Shown here piece after piece: positions 39,633-49,846 of a DNA stretch of 64,000 nt. The translations under genes and the position numbers were made by a program. The stretch spans positions 1,408,001-1,472,000 of the forward strand of contig CAVWGN010000001.1 of the NCBI GenBank assembly GCA_963754655.1. The letters are read 5' to 3'. This DNA comes from an uncultured Chlamydiae bacterium. Its GTDB lineage: Bacteria > Chlamydiota > Chlamydiia > Chlamydiales > Parachlamydiaceae. How positions within the stretch are numbered: the stretch's first letter is position 1; every line of letters starts with the position of its first letter. Below the pieces are notes generated by a model. That model made no database searches. It was not told the DNA's origin and saw only the letters and a list, made by a program, of their open reading frames with translations.

Positions 39633-39947
39633 AGACTTCCAAATTTATATTCAATATTTTAGGAACCTTAGGATCTTAAAGCAGCCCTACAATTTTAAGA
39701 TATCCTCTTAGTCGACGTTCGTACGTTCAATGAAGCCATACTCACTTCAAGTCATTAATTCCTAATCAGTCCAATATGTAATAGCAATGAAATCGACATC
39801 TTCTTATTTTATTACTAAAAATGAATTTAATCAATTTTAAACAAATTTTATATAGTTAATAAAATTTTTTGTAGTAAATTAATTTGCTATTATTGTAGTA
39901 TAAAATTAACGAAGTTAGAGAAAGTTGATAAAAATTAGGACATTTGT

Positions 39948-40208
39948 ATGCCACGTCCACAGAAGGGTCATCCATCTAATTCCTCCAAAGCCAAGCAGAT
40001 AGCAGCAGACCAAGACATGCTAGAAGGCTTAGCTAGGGGCATAATAGAAGTGTTAGAAATAGATCATCAAAAAGAAATTGATCCGTTTGAAAATTATGCC
40101 CATCAGTTAAGAAATCGCATGCATGCGGATAATGAGGTCTTCTGCAATCGTTTTATTCAGGGCTATGAGATCTTGTTAGAGCAATTGCGTTCCAAAAAAT
40201 CCTCATAA
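39948..40208 (+). CDS. Small hypothetical protein
   Basis: AGGA site, ATG start, followed by a hairpin. Confidence 0.6.
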   Translation: MPRPQKGHPSNSSKAKQIAADQDMLEGLARGIIEVLEIDHQKEIDPFENYAHQLRNRMHADNEVFCNRFIQGYEILLEQLRSKKSS

Positions 40209-40225
40209 ATTTAAGACAGATGTCA

Positions 40226-40259
40226 AATTGCTAAGGCTTGAAAGTAAGTCTTAGCAATT
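40226..40259. terminator. Hairpin between convergent genes
   Basis: AATTGCTAAGGCTT-N6-AAGTCTTAGCAATT. Confidence 0.6.
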
Positions 40260-40270
40260 AAAACTTCGTC

Positions 40271-41263
40271 CTATCTTGTGGCGATCCAACAAGCTAAATG
40301 AGGGAATTGTTTTTGCAGATTTTCTAGCCATGCTTGAGCCTCTTCAATCGAATTGAAAAGCATAAGAACTTTAGCTAAAGCATCAGCGGTAACGCAATCT
40401 AAAGCTAATAAGCTTGCGCTGGCCACGGAGCCTGGTTTGACTTCAAGAGGGGCAAGAGTCAAAGGATTAAAAATATGGCAATAGATCTTTTCTTCGCCCT
40501 GATCTGTCGTGATTTTCCAATATTGATAATAATCGCCACTGGTTGCTAAGGCACGATTAATTAGGTCCACGTGTGCAAGGGCATCTATAGGATTCGGATT
40601 GGCTAAATGGGTAATATAAACCCGCCATGGACGCTGTGAGGGATGAAAACCGATTGTACGTATTTCTCCACCCCATTCGACATAAAGATGGTTTAATCCT
40701 ATGAGATGAAGCCTTTCAATCAGTAAATCAATGCAAAGTCCTTTGGCTACTCCTCCTAGATCGAGCTGAGTGCGTGGATCATCTTTATAGAAAATACCGT
40801 TCTCAAAATGAAGAGTCTGCCAACCTAGGCAGGGCTTTAATGTGTCAATTTCTTGAGAAGTTGGGCGTTGGCCCTGCTCCAATCTTTCTTTCCATAATTG
40901 CTGAAGAGGCTCGATGGTTGGATCAAACCGGCCTTCTGAGAGTTGAACAAGACGATCAAGGCGGTGCAAAAATTGATCAAGTTGTGGAGAAAGATTATGC
41001 GGAATATGTGCTGGAAGAGCGTTCAATCGGCTTAATTCAGAGTGAGGATTCCATTTGTTATAAATCGCATCAATTTCTTGAAAAGTTGCATCAATGACTT
41101 TTTGAATCTGTTGCTTTTTGCCAGGTGGCAGTGGATCGCCAACGCTAATGTGATAGTCAATTGTCATGACATTTTGGGCAAAATGGGTAGGTTGAATTTG
41201 CGGGGGAGAAGAATGACAGCTAGAGAGGAAGAAGCAAAGAAACAACCAAAATGTTTTAAGCAT
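40271..41263 (-). CDS. apbE: FAD:protein FMN transferase lipoprotein
   Basis: Lipobox LSSC, SELSRLN, FDPTI, DLGGVAKG, ALATSGDY, ADALA. Confidence 0.93.
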   Translation of the reverse strand: MLKTFWLFLCFFLSSCHSSPPQIQPTHFAQNVMTIDYHISVGDPLPPGKKQQIQKVIDATFQEIDAIYNKWNPHSELSRLNALPAHIPHNLSPQLDQFLHRLDRLVQLSEGRFDPTIEPLQQLWKERLEQGQRPTSQEIDTLKPCLGWQTLHFENGIFYKDDPRTQLDLGGVAKGLCIDLLIERLHLIGLNHLYVEWGGEIRTIGFHPSQRPWRVYITHLANPNPIDALAHVDLINRALATSGDYYQYWKITTDQGEEKIYCHIFNPLTLAPLEVKPGSVASASLLALDCVTADALAKVLMLFNSIEEAQAWLENLQKQFPHLACWIATR

Positions 41264-42131
41264 TCTTCATTCTTTTTTGGTAACTTAGTAATGTATTGTG
41301 TAGGAGCATGGCAATTGTCATGGGGCCAACCCCTCCTGGCACCGGTGTAATAAAAGAGCATTTGGGCTCCACATTAACGAAATCAACATCTCCAACAATC
41401 TGATAGCCACTTTTCTTGCTAGGATCGGCAATTTTGTTAATGCCGACATCAATGATAACGACGCCTTCTTTGACCATATCTGCCGTAATGAATTGAGGTT
41501 GTCCAATTGCCACAATAATGATATCAGCCAACAGGCAGAACTTTTTTAAGTCATTAGAATAGCGGTGAGCGACAGTCACCGTTGCATTTCCTCCTGGTGT
41601 GCCTTGCATGAGCAGAGCTGCCATCGGTTTGCCGACAATATTGCTGCGGCCAATGACGAGTGCATGCCGCCCCGAAATATCAATGGAGTAGCGTTCGATA
41701 AGAACCTTAATGCCAAGAGGTGTGCAAGGTAAAAAACCATCGGTTTCCCCAATGAGAATTTTCCCTACATTATAGGGATTAAAGCCATCAACATCCTTAT
41801 TTGGGCTAATAAAATGAGTGATACGCGTAGGGTTGATGTGGGCGGGTAAAGGAAGTTGAACGAGTATGCCATCAACGTTTGGATTTTGATTTAATTCACT
41901 GATTTTTGCCAGTAATTCTTCTTCGGAGAGGGTTGCCGGAAGCTCATACTTAATAGAATGAATCCCTACAGCTTCACAAGCTTGCGTTTTGCGATTGATG
42001 TAAATCTGAGAGGGGGGATGATTTCCTACAAGGATAACGGCAAGGCAAGGAGGACGAGTGGTCAACTGCTGGATGTTGACTTTGATTTCTTGTTGAATGT
42101 CTTCTGCAACTTTCTTTCCATTAATGATCAT
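41256..42131 (-). CDS. folD: Methylenetetrahydrofolate dehydrogenase/cyclohydrolase
   Basis: GILVQLPLP, KDVDGF, PCTP, GRSNIVGKP, TPVPGGVGPMT. Confidence 0.97.
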   Translation of the reverse strand: MIINGKKVAEDIQQEIKVNIQQLTTRPPCLAVILVGNHPPSQIYINRKTQACEAVGIHSIKYELPATLSEEELLAKISELNQNPNVDGILVQLPLPAHINPTRITHFISPNKDVDGFNPYNVGKILIGETDGFLPCTPLGIKVLIERYSIDISGRHALVIGRSNIVGKPMAALLMQGTPGGNATVTVAHRYSNDLKKFCLLADIIIVAIGQPQFITADMVKEGVVIIDVGINKIADPSKKSGYQIVGDVDFVNVEPKCSFITPVPGGVGPMTIAMLLHNTLLSYQKRMKNA

Positions 42132-42421
42132 GCCATTTCCTTTGAATAACACTAGAAGGCATATAAGAATAACCCAATAAAATTAAATAATCTAGAAGGA
42201 TGTTTAAATCAGCGATTCGAAATCTAGAAAATATGTAATGCAAGGCGCTTTCCCGTTAATGCAAGTATTTTTAATAAAAACCTTCTGCCGTTAATGCATC
42301 AGTTGCAAAAATTTCCTCTTACTCATTGCTTGTTTTCATGTTTTTCATGTATTATCTTAAATTTATGATTCGATTTTAAAATAAACTTTTCCTTAATTAA
42401 ATTTAACGAGATATATAAAAT

Positions 42422-42940
42422 ATGTTTAATGATATTACACAAAGAATGGAAGCCTACTATGATGAAATTCCCAGCAACACTTTTCCCACAATCGCCAAAG
42501 CTATCGTTTTTTCTTTTACGGTAACGTTATTTAGTCAGGGTCAGGTAGAAGGAGCAGGTCTTGATTTCTATGCACGTCCCTTAATTGCAGCAGGTATTGG
42601 AGCTGTAGCGACCCTCATTCATGCTTTGGTGACTCCTATTTTCAATGCAGCATTTGAAAATAATCATCAAGTCATTTTATATCAAGAATTGGTCAAGACA
42701 GGAATAGTTGTGGGTCTTACAAGGATTTTAGCGTGTTGTGTAACAGGTCAAAGAGTTGATATACTAGCCACTACAAAACTTAGTATGCTTTCGACTAATC
42801 TGATAAAAAGTTTATTTCATTTATTGCCGCAAATGTATAGTTATATTGATCCGGCAGTCACTTTCGAAGCGAGAGATATCTTAAATTCATGGGGATTAGA
42901 TACTCCCCATGGAGCAAATTCAACCTATCTTGTTTTTTAA
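42422..42940 (+). CDS. Hypothetical membrane protein
   Basis: 172 aa with three hydrophobic segments. Confidence 0.65.
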   Translation: MFNDITQRMEAYYDEIPSNTFPTIAKAIVFSFTVTLFSQGQVEGAGLDFYARPLIAAGIGAVATLIHALVTPIFNAAFENNHQVILYQELVKTGIVVGLTRILACCVTGQRVDILATTKLSMLSTNLIKSLFHLLPQMYSYIDPAVTFEARDILNSWGLDTPHGANSTYLVF

Positions 42941-43003
42941 CTTAAGCTTCAAAGTTAGTGAAAAAAACCCCCGATCGCGCTAGGCTAGGGAAAAGGAGCA
43001 ATT

Positions 43004-43471
43004 ATGCGCGTTTGGCCTTGGATGATGGGGATTGGGTTATATTCCGTAACACTGGGGGCTATTCCAACAGTTGTACCCGATCCGGTTCCTTGTGTTTTAT
43101 ATCTTGAAACACACTTTTTTGTGGAACCTATTGTCAGCCAAGCATTGGGTTTATATAATATCCGGCAGGAGCTATGGGTGCCCATCAATGCCTACCTTCA
43201 AAAGAAAAGCTTAGAGGTGCCAGAGCGCATGAAAAGACGAACAGCCTATAGAGTGCCCAATCCCATTGAGTATCCCATACAAGGGGAAGTCACAGCTAAA
43301 ATTTTGAAAGAAGTTTTATTTGAAGTCTTTATGGAGGCAATGCGCGAATATAATTCCAATGAACGGCCAACTGCCGATTTTGTGTTTGATTATATTTTCA
43401 CTCAACAATTACCCCATTTCATTAAATGTTTTGGCCCTAAAGTTCAAGAATTGAGGCCGAGCTTTGACTAA
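43004..43471 (+). CDS. Exported hypothetical protein
   Basis: AAGGAG site, signal-peptide-like N-terminus; similar to the next gene. Confidence 0.7.
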   Translation: MRVWPWMMGIGLYSVTLGAIPTVVPDPVPCVLYLETHFFVEPIVSQALGLYNIRQELWVPINAYLQKKSLEVPERMKRRTAYRVPNPIEYPIQGEVTAKILKEVLFEVFMEAMREYNSNERPTADFVFDYIFTQQLPHFIKCFGPKVQELRPSFD

Positions 43472-43495
43472 AATTTTAAAAGAAGAGGATTGATT

Positions 43496-43981
43496 ATGAA
43501 AGACATGATTTCTTGTTTGTGTTGTGCAACCGCTATTTCTACGCTTTGTTTTGCAACTTTGCAGGCAGAAACAACAGGGGTTGTCCTTTCTAATTCCATG
43601 AAATGTACAAAAGAAGAATTAATGACCTTTTTTCCCAAGCAAATTCTCCAATCAATTTTGATTCAAGCTCAATTGCCAAAAGATAAGGCCGATAAAATTG
43701 CCGAAGAATTGTCTCAAAAGGACAAAGAATTTACCAAAATTGTAGAAGAGAAGGCGGCAAAGGTTCAACCTAATCCTTTTCAAGATTTAAGCCAACGCGA
43801 TTTAGCCATTCGAATTTACCGTGAAACTCTTTATGAAGTGTTTGCTAAAGTTTTAAAGGCTAATGGCGTGACAAATGAAGATCAAATTCAAACCTTGCTC
43901 GATGAAATGCAAAATGAAAAGAGCAAGCGTTTTATTGAATGTATTCGCAAACAACCTCATCCTTCAGAGCCGTCATCTTAA
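43496..43981 (+). CDS. Exported hypothetical protein
   Basis: GAGGA site, signal peptide ending LQA; similar to the preceding gene. Confidence 0.7.
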   Translation: MKDMISCLCCATAISTLCFATLQAETTGVVLSNSMKCTKEELMTFFPKQILQSILIQAQLPKDKADKIAEELSQKDKEFTKIVEEKAAKVQPNPFQDLSQRDLAIRIYRETLYEVFAKVLKANGVTNEDQIQTLLDEMQNEKSKRFIECIRKQPHPSEPSS

Positions 43982-45246
43982 TCTTCGTTGTTTTTTTTCT
44001 TTCTTAATTGCTGAAAATATTCAAGCCTTTTTTTGAGCTCGCGCTCAAAACCTCTTTCCACTGGACGGTAAAATGATTGTCGTTTCAATGTTGAAGGAAA
44101 ATATTCTTGTCCTGAAAAAGCATCTGCCACGTCATGATCGTATTGATATCCTTTCCCATAGCCTAGCTTTTTCATCAACGAAGTCGGAGCATTAAGAATG
44201 GAGGCTGGCGGACTTAAGTGAGTGGTTTGGGAGGCGCTTTCACGCGCTTCATTGAATCCAGTATAGAGAGCATTGCTCTTAGGAGCCAATGCAAGGTAGA
44301 CGGCTACTTCGGCAAGAGCAAGTTCTCCTTCCGGAGATCCTAGCATTTCATAGGTATCTCTTGCTGCAATGGTAAGAGAAAGGGCCTGCGGATCTGCTAA
44401 TCCAATGTCTTCTATCGCCATTCGAATGAGTCGCCGAGCTAAAAAAAGGGGCTCCTCTCCACCTTCGAGCAAGCGGGCGAGCCAATAAAGGGCAGCATTG
44501 GGATCAGATCCTCTCACTGATTTATGTAAAGCAGAAATGAGATGATAATGCTGATCACCGCTTTTATCAAAAAGGGCAGGTTTTTTCTGCAAAATTTGCC
44601 TTAGTCCCTGCTCATCTACTATCTGTTCAGAGGTGTTTCTAAGGTTTTCAATTAAATTATAGAGATAGCGTCCATCGCCTTGAGCCCAAAGGATCATTAG
44701 CTGGCGTGCTTCTGGAGTTAACGGCAAAGCCCCGAAACGCTTTTCATAGTGCTGCAGTAACTGCTCGAGTGCAAAGGCATCTAGAGGATAAAGAGGTAAA
44801 ACACGCAAACGTGAAAGCAAGGCTGCATTGAGGTAAAAAGAGGGATTTTCTGCTGTCGCACCTATCAGGATAAGGGTTCCATTTTCAACATAGGGTAAAA
44901 AAGCATCTTGCTGAGCCTTATTAAAACGATGAATCTCATCGACGAAAAGCACCGTTCCTTTATGTAAAAGAGGATGCTCTTGAGCCTCTTTAATGATTCT
45001 TTTTAAATCTGTTACACCACTAAAGATTGCACTCATGGAAATGAAGCGCATGTCAAAAGCTTGTGCGTAAAGACGAGCGATAGAGGTTTTGCCACATCCC
45101 GGGGGGCCCCATAAGACAATAGAAAGGGGAGTGCCAGATCGAATCGTGCGCGTAATAAGCCCATTTTCTCCTAAAATATGATCTTGGCCCACAATGTCTT
45201 GAAGAGTGTGAGGACGGAGTTCTTCTGCAAGCGGAAGTTTTTTCAT
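43978..45246 (-). CDS. rarA: Replication-associated recombination protein A (MgsA/RarA)
   Basis: PLAEELRP, WGPPGCGKT, DEIHRFNKAQQD, ISALHKSVRGSD, EDIGLADP, APKSN. Confidence 0.96.
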   Translation of the reverse strand: MKKLPLAEELRPHTLQDIVGQDHILGENGLITRTIRSGTPLSIVLWGPPGCGKTSIARLYAQAFDMRFISMSAIFSGVTDLKRIIKEAQEHPLLHKGTVLFVDEIHRFNKAQQDAFLPYVENGTLILIGATAENPSFYLNAALLSRLRVLPLYPLDAFALEQLLQHYEKRFGALPLTPEARQLMILWAQGDGRYLYNLIENLRNTSEQIVDEQGLRQILQKKPALFDKSGDQHYHLISALHKSVRGSDPNAALYWLARLLEGGEEPLFLARRLIRMAIEDIGLADPQALSLTIAARDTYEMLGSPEGELALAEVAVYLALAPKSNALYTGFNEARESASQTTHLSPPASILNAPTSLMKKLGYGKGYQYDHDVADAFSGQEYFPSTLKRQSFYRPVERGFERELKKRLEYFQQLRKKKNNED

Positions 45247-45758
45247 ATCTTTCGACTCTTCGTCAAACGGAATAAACGGTAACGTCTTTTCATCAGCGTG
45301 AGCATCCAGGCGGGTAAGGAAAATGCCAAAATTGCATAGATGGCCATTTGCATAGGGAGCACAATCAGATCACTGATGAGCCATTCTCCGGAGAATGTAA
45401 AGGGTTTGCCGATGAGATAAAATATGCCGATCTGAATGAGCATAGATAAGCAAGTAAAAATAAATGACATGAGAGGCAAGGTGCTGAATCCATCTTCAAA
45501 AAAAAGAAATCTGTAACGATAGAGGCAAAAAATTGTTAAACAATAGTTAATAGCATAATTTCCTAAACGAGTCTCTGAAGAAAAAAGATCAATAACTCCT
45601 CCGCAGATCAAAGCCCACCACAAACAATGAGCAAGAGAGCAGCGGTAAAGGCATAAGATCAAAAAGGGAGTAAAATAGAGCAGATGCAAAAAAGGAAAGA
45701 AAAGGGGAAGTAGCATAGCTAGGCAATAAGTATAGATAAACAGATACAGAGTCATTAT
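45243..45758 (-). CDS. MreD-like membrane protein
   Basis: Highly hydrophobic; GGVIDLFSS..LG.YA resembles the MreD G..DL...G motif; stop overlaps the rarA start. Confidence 0.55.
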   Translation of the reverse strand: MMTLYLFIYTYCLAMLLPLFFPFLHLLYFTPFLILCLYRCSLAHCLWWALICGGVIDLFSSETRLGNYAINYCLTIFCLYRYRFLFFEDGFSTLPLMSFIFTCLSMLIQIGIFYLIGKPFTFSGEWLISDLIVLPMQMAIYAILAFSLPAWMLTLMKRRYRLFRLTKSRKI

Positions 45759-45816
45759 CCTACCAATTTGAAAGTGCTTTTCTTTTAATAGCAATCAAAT
45801 TCTTATTTCTCTTGTT

Positions 45817-47100
45817 TCAGCTTTTTGATGCATCGTCTTGTATCGGTACTTTGGGGGAATATTTTTCAACAATTCTTTGATAGGAATTGGCAAAACCCCA
45901 TTTCCTCATAGATTTAAGACTTTGAGTCAATTCATCTTTTTTAACATGACTGAAAAGAAACTCAATCAGATTTTCATCATATAATTGACAGAATTTCTCT
46001 TCTATTGAGAATCGAAACATCACATAATCTATCAAATCTGCCGAAAACTCGCCTAGTGTTTGAGGAGTGATTTTATCATAAATTTTTTCAATAACATATA
46101 GGGAATATCTACCAAGAGCTTGACGGATGTGATATTCTTCAAGTGTTAGGGAGCATTTCTTCAACAAATCTAGAATAAAGCCTTCAGAAAACGTAGAATA
46201 AGTTCCTTGGAGAGCTAACCTAACAATACTATCATCAACAGTAGGACAATTTTTCAAAAGCTTCGCAATAAATTTCTCAGAATGGCCATTTAGAATTGCG
46301 TGTTGAATATCACATTCCTCAACTTTTATTAACTGATCATACTTGTCGATATAGTTTTCTTCTAACAAGTGTTCGTAATCAGGTGGAAAATCATTAAAAA
46401 GAGAGGGTAGCCAAATAGAGTTTGGACCACAACTTTTTATTAAAGCCGGCACAAGATGTTTAAATTTTTCTGTTTTGATTGCGAAGGATATGACAGCGCC
46501 ACTGACCTTAAATTTATAATGATTTAATGTTTGTACTGTTTCTACAGAACACCAACTTTGCTCGATGATGGACTTGAACAGTCCAAATAATTTTGCTTCA
46601 GTAGCCCCTGCGCGAAGAAATGTCTGGACTTCTTGATCAGGCTCCAGAACGTATGAATCATTAAAACGCTCATCATTTGGGAGCTTAGAAAACCGACAAT
46701 GAATAAAAATTGGTTGGAGTTTAAAAACAAAACGGCTCCATGTTTCATTTAAAAGAGATAGGGTATTTTCCGCATTTTGGTTAGACGGATCTGTGGGTAA
46801 AGAAAGTCTACGATCAATATTTTGTTTTGTTTCATAAACTTGTTTTGTGCGGCAGTTGTTCAATAGAGTAGGGATTTTTTTGCAAAAGAAGTTGCAGTAG
46901 CCTTTGTAGTAGCTCATGAGCTGTGCACTGGGTGTTAAATTTGGATTTAGGATAATTCCCAATTTAGACAGCAGCTCTGATGAAACAAATTGATTAATTT
47001 TTTTACTTACCAGTAAGCATTCTCCTTGAGTTTTTTGATCTAAGTACTCACCTAATATCAGTGTGGATAATTCATTTGGCAAATTTGAAAGATAATCCAT
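45817..47100 (-). CDS. F-box-like domain protein
   Basis: LSNLPNELSTLILGEYLD...CLLVSKK N-terminal motif; degenerate helical repeats in the C-terminal half. Confidence 0.7.
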   Translation of the reverse strand: MDYLSNLPNELSTLILGEYLDQKTQGECLLVSKKINQFVSSELLSKLGIILNPNLTPSAQLMSYYKGYCNFFCKKIPTLLNNCRTKQVYETKQNIDRRLSLPTDPSNQNAENTLSLLNETWSRFVFKLQPIFIHCRFSKLPNDERFNDSYVLEPDQEVQTFLRAGATEAKLFGLFKSIIEQSWCSVETVQTLNHYKFKVSGAVISFAIKTEKFKHLVPALIKSCGPNSIWLPSLFNDFPPDYEHLLEENYIDKYDQLIKVEECDIQHAILNGHSEKFIAKLLKNCPTVDDSIVRLALQGTYSTFSEGFILDLLKKCSLTLEEYHIRQALGRYSLYVIEKIYDKITPQTLGEFSADLIDYVMFRFSIEEKFCQLYDENLIEFLFSHVKKDELTQSLKSMRKWGFANSYQRIVEKYSPKVPIQDDASKS

Positions 47101-47335
47101 AACCGACAAACCTCTATTTAATTATAAATAAATTTATATTACTCCTCTTTAAAATTGATTATTGCATGTTGTTAATTAATAAATCATGGAAAAAAACTAG
47201 GAAAAAAATATGTTAATGAAATACAAATGCAAAGTATTTTAAAAGTCCTAGTATCTGTCACATGAGTTTTGCCTATAGGATGCTAGCATTTTTAAGACAC
47301 TGAGGACATAAGAAACGCAAAGGGAAAATCATGAC

Positions 47336-48385
47336 ATGAAAAAGATTTCAGTTGGCATTCTGGGTGCAACAGGAATGGTAGGACAAAAATTTGTCGAGTT
47401 GCTCTCTTCTCATCCTTGGTTTGAGATTGTCGCTCTTGCTGCTTCCGACCGTTCTGCTGGTAAACGGTATGGCGAGGCCATGCAATGGTTAATGCCAACG
47501 ACATTATCACAAAAAATTGCCGATATGCCTGTCGTGACCTGTCAACCAACTCTACCTTGCGATCTTGTCTTTTCAGGATTGGATTCTAAGGTTGCGGGAG
47601 AAATTGAAGAAACTTTTGCTAGGGCTGGCTATAAGGTCGTTTCCAATTCTAGCAATCATCGCATGGATCCCACCGTACCGCTTTTAATTCCTGAGATCAA
47701 TAGTGATCATCTAAAACTTATTCAACATCAGCGCTTTGGCAAAGGCGCTATTATCACAAATCCCAACTGCTCTGTGATTGGAATGACCCTCTCATTAAAG
47801 CCTCTGCTTGATCAATGGGGTATTGAGGCTGTGCATGCCGTGACCTTGCAAGCGTTATCGGGTGCAGGATATCCTGGAGTTCCAAGCATGGAAATCCTCG
47901 ATAATGTGATTCCTTACATTGCAGGAGAAGAGGACAAAGTGGAAAGAGAGCCTTTAAAAATTATGGGAACATGTCAGGGAAAAGAAATTATTCCCTATCC
48001 CATGCGTTTGAGTGCGCAATGCAATCGTGTACCTGTAACAGATGGACATTTAGCTTGCCTATCAGTCAAGTTTAAGAAAAAAGCCAATGCAAATGAAATC
48101 CTTGTTGCGTGGAGAAGCTTTGAGGGAGAACCTCAATGGTTAAAACTCCCTATGGCCCCTAAGCGTCCCATCATTTACCTAGAAGATGAGAGGCATCCCC
48201 AACCAAAATTGCATCGCACTCTTGAGAGTGGAATGGCAGTCTCGATAGGGCGGCTTCGCGAGTGTCCTTTGTTCGATTGGAAATTTGTCATTCTTTCGCA
48301 TAATACCATGAGGGGAGCTGCAGGATGTGCCATTCTCAATGCAGAGCTTATGGTCAAAAAAGGATATCTTGGCATGGAACCATAA
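47336..48385 (+). CDS. asd: Aspartate-semialdehyde dehydrogenase
   Basis: GILGATGMVGQ, NPNCS, QALSGAG, SHNTMRGAAG. Confidence 0.96.
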   Translation: MKKISVGILGATGMVGQKFVELLSSHPWFEIVALAASDRSAGKRYGEAMQWLMPTTLSQKIADMPVVTCQPTLPCDLVFSGLDSKVAGEIEETFARAGYKVVSNSSNHRMDPTVPLLIPEINSDHLKLIQHQRFGKGAIITNPNCSVIGMTLSLKPLLDQWGIEAVHAVTLQALSGAGYPGVPSMEILDNVIPYIAGEEDKVEREPLKIMGTCQGKEIIPYPMRLSAQCNRVPVTDGHLACLSVKFKKKANANEILVAWRSFEGEPQWLKLPMAPKRPIIYLEDERHPQPKLHRTLESGMAVSIGRLRECPLFDWKFVILSHNTMRGAAGCAILNAELMVKKGYLGMEP

Positions 48386-48430
48386 GAGAAGGGCGTCAAA
48401 TCAATAGAACAGATGTTCTTTGGAGGGAAA

Positions 48431-49002
48431 CTAGTACTCAACCCCACTAGTTTTGTGTATTTAGACTCTTCAAAGCCCCGGGGCTAGGGTGTTCATTTTG
48501 TGCAAAAAATGAGCTTTATTTTTCACAATAATTGGCATAGTTAAATTGAAGGTCGCATGTTTATGCCGTCCTTTCAGGACTCGATGTCTTTTTGATAGAA
48601 CCCAGGCCTCCGCTTCGCTGCGACCTGGGCTGTAACATAACGGCCCTTCAGGCCTTAACAAAAAGATGATTTAGGGCTATAGAAGAGGGACTTAAACATC
48701 TCTTGTTAAGGCCTGAAGGGCCGTTATGTTACAGCCCAGGTCGCAGCGAAGCGGAGGCCTGGGTTCTATCAAAAAGACATCGAGTCCTGAAAGGACGGCA
48801 TAAACATGCGACCTTCAATTTAACTATGCCAATTATTGTGAAAAATAAAGCTCATTTTTTGCACAAAATGAACACCCTAGCCCCGGGGTGAATTGGCGTA
48901 ACTGGGTCCATATTGTGCTAATATTGACCCACTTACGCCACAATTCAACCCCGGGGCTTTGAAGCAGTCTAAATACACAAAACTAATGTGGTTGAGTACT
49001 AG
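48431..49002. mobile_element. Palindromic MITE/REPIN-like element, family 1 copy 2
   Basis: Same ends CTAG-TACTCAACC...GGTTGAGTA-CTAG and arms as 1489-1993, in unrelated flanks between convergent genes. Confidence 0.9.
48889..48948. mobile_element. 60-bp hairpin insertion nested in the right arm of family 1 copy 2
   Basis: TGAATTGGCGTAACTGGGTCCATATT-GTGCT-AATATTGACCCACTTACGCCACAATTCAA flanked by CCCCGGGG (48881-48888, 48949-48956); absent from the other three arms. Confidence 0.85.
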
Positions 49003-49003
49003 A

Positions 49004-49693
49004 TTAATAGGCTCCTTTCGAAAAGAGCATGGCAGGAATGGTTTTAGCAATGAGCTTCATATCTAATAGAAAAGAATGATTGTTGACATAATATTCATCC
49101 ATTTCAATGCGTCTCTCATATGAATGAACATCACTTCTTCCAGACACTTGCCAGATGCCTGTTAATCCAGGGCGAATAGAAAGAATTTTATAAGCTTTCA
49201 CATGGTAATACTTCGCAATCTCATCTTTAACGACAGGCCGTGGTCCGACAACACTAAGATCCCCCTTAAAAACATTCCAAAATTGAGGTAATTCATCCAA
49301 AGAGGTTTTTCGTAAAAATGCTCCAAAAGGGGTAATGCGAGGATCGCTTTTTAATTTATAAGTTTTTTCCCACTCTTCTCGCAAGTGCGGATGAGAAGTC
49401 AAAATAGCTTTAAGGCGTTGATCGGCATTTGAATACATAGAACGAAATTTGTAGCAGCGAAAGGTCTTGCCTCCTCTCCCTATGCGCTCATGCGAATAAA
49501 TCACTTTTCCTGGCGATGTCACAACAATCAATAAGGCAATTAAAAGATAGACAGGAGCTCCAATGATTAAACATACCAGACTAAAGAAAATATCAAACCC
49601 TCTTTTAATGGGAATATGCTTAATTTTGCAATCAAGTGGCAAATGTAAGGGAATCAGTGGTGCACAAGGAGATAAATTATTAATTTCTTCCAT
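49004..49693 (-). CDS. Bacterial sugar transferase (undecaprenyl-phosphate glycosylphosphotransferase)
   Basis: KRGFDI, KFRSM, DPRITPFGAFLRKTSLDELPQFWNV.KGDLSVVGPRP, RPGLTGIWQVSGR. Confidence 0.93.
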   Translation of the reverse strand: MEEINNLSPCAPLIPLHLPLDCKIKHIPIKRGFDIFFSLVCLIIGAPVYLLIALLIVVTSPGKVIYSHERIGRGGKTFRCYKFRSMYSNADQRLKAILTSHPHLREEWEKTYKLKSDPRITPFGAFLRKTSLDELPQFWNVFKGDLSVVGPRPVVKDEIAKYYHVKAYKILSIRPGLTGIWQVSGRSDVHSYERRIEMDEYYVNNHSFLLDMKLIAKTIPAMLFSKGAY

Positions 49694-49846
49694 ACCACAA
49701 ATTAAGTAAAGTTGATCACTAGCAAATTCTTATATCCTATTTAATAAAAAATTCCAATAGATATTTCGCACCTTTTAGCAACTATTCTGTAAATCTTTTC
49801 CTTTTTTTTCTTTAGAAGGAGAAATAATTGCCTAAAATCCTATTGA

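Noticed and set aside
39660..39800. Possible small RNA or leader peptide upstream of the 455-aa gene
   Set aside because: Only one modest hairpin and a 14-codon ORF; no recognisable family, so not supportable from the sequence alone
38184..39947. oriC/dnaA region upstream of dnaN
   Set aside because: No dnaA gene and no cluster of TTATCCACA boxes seen
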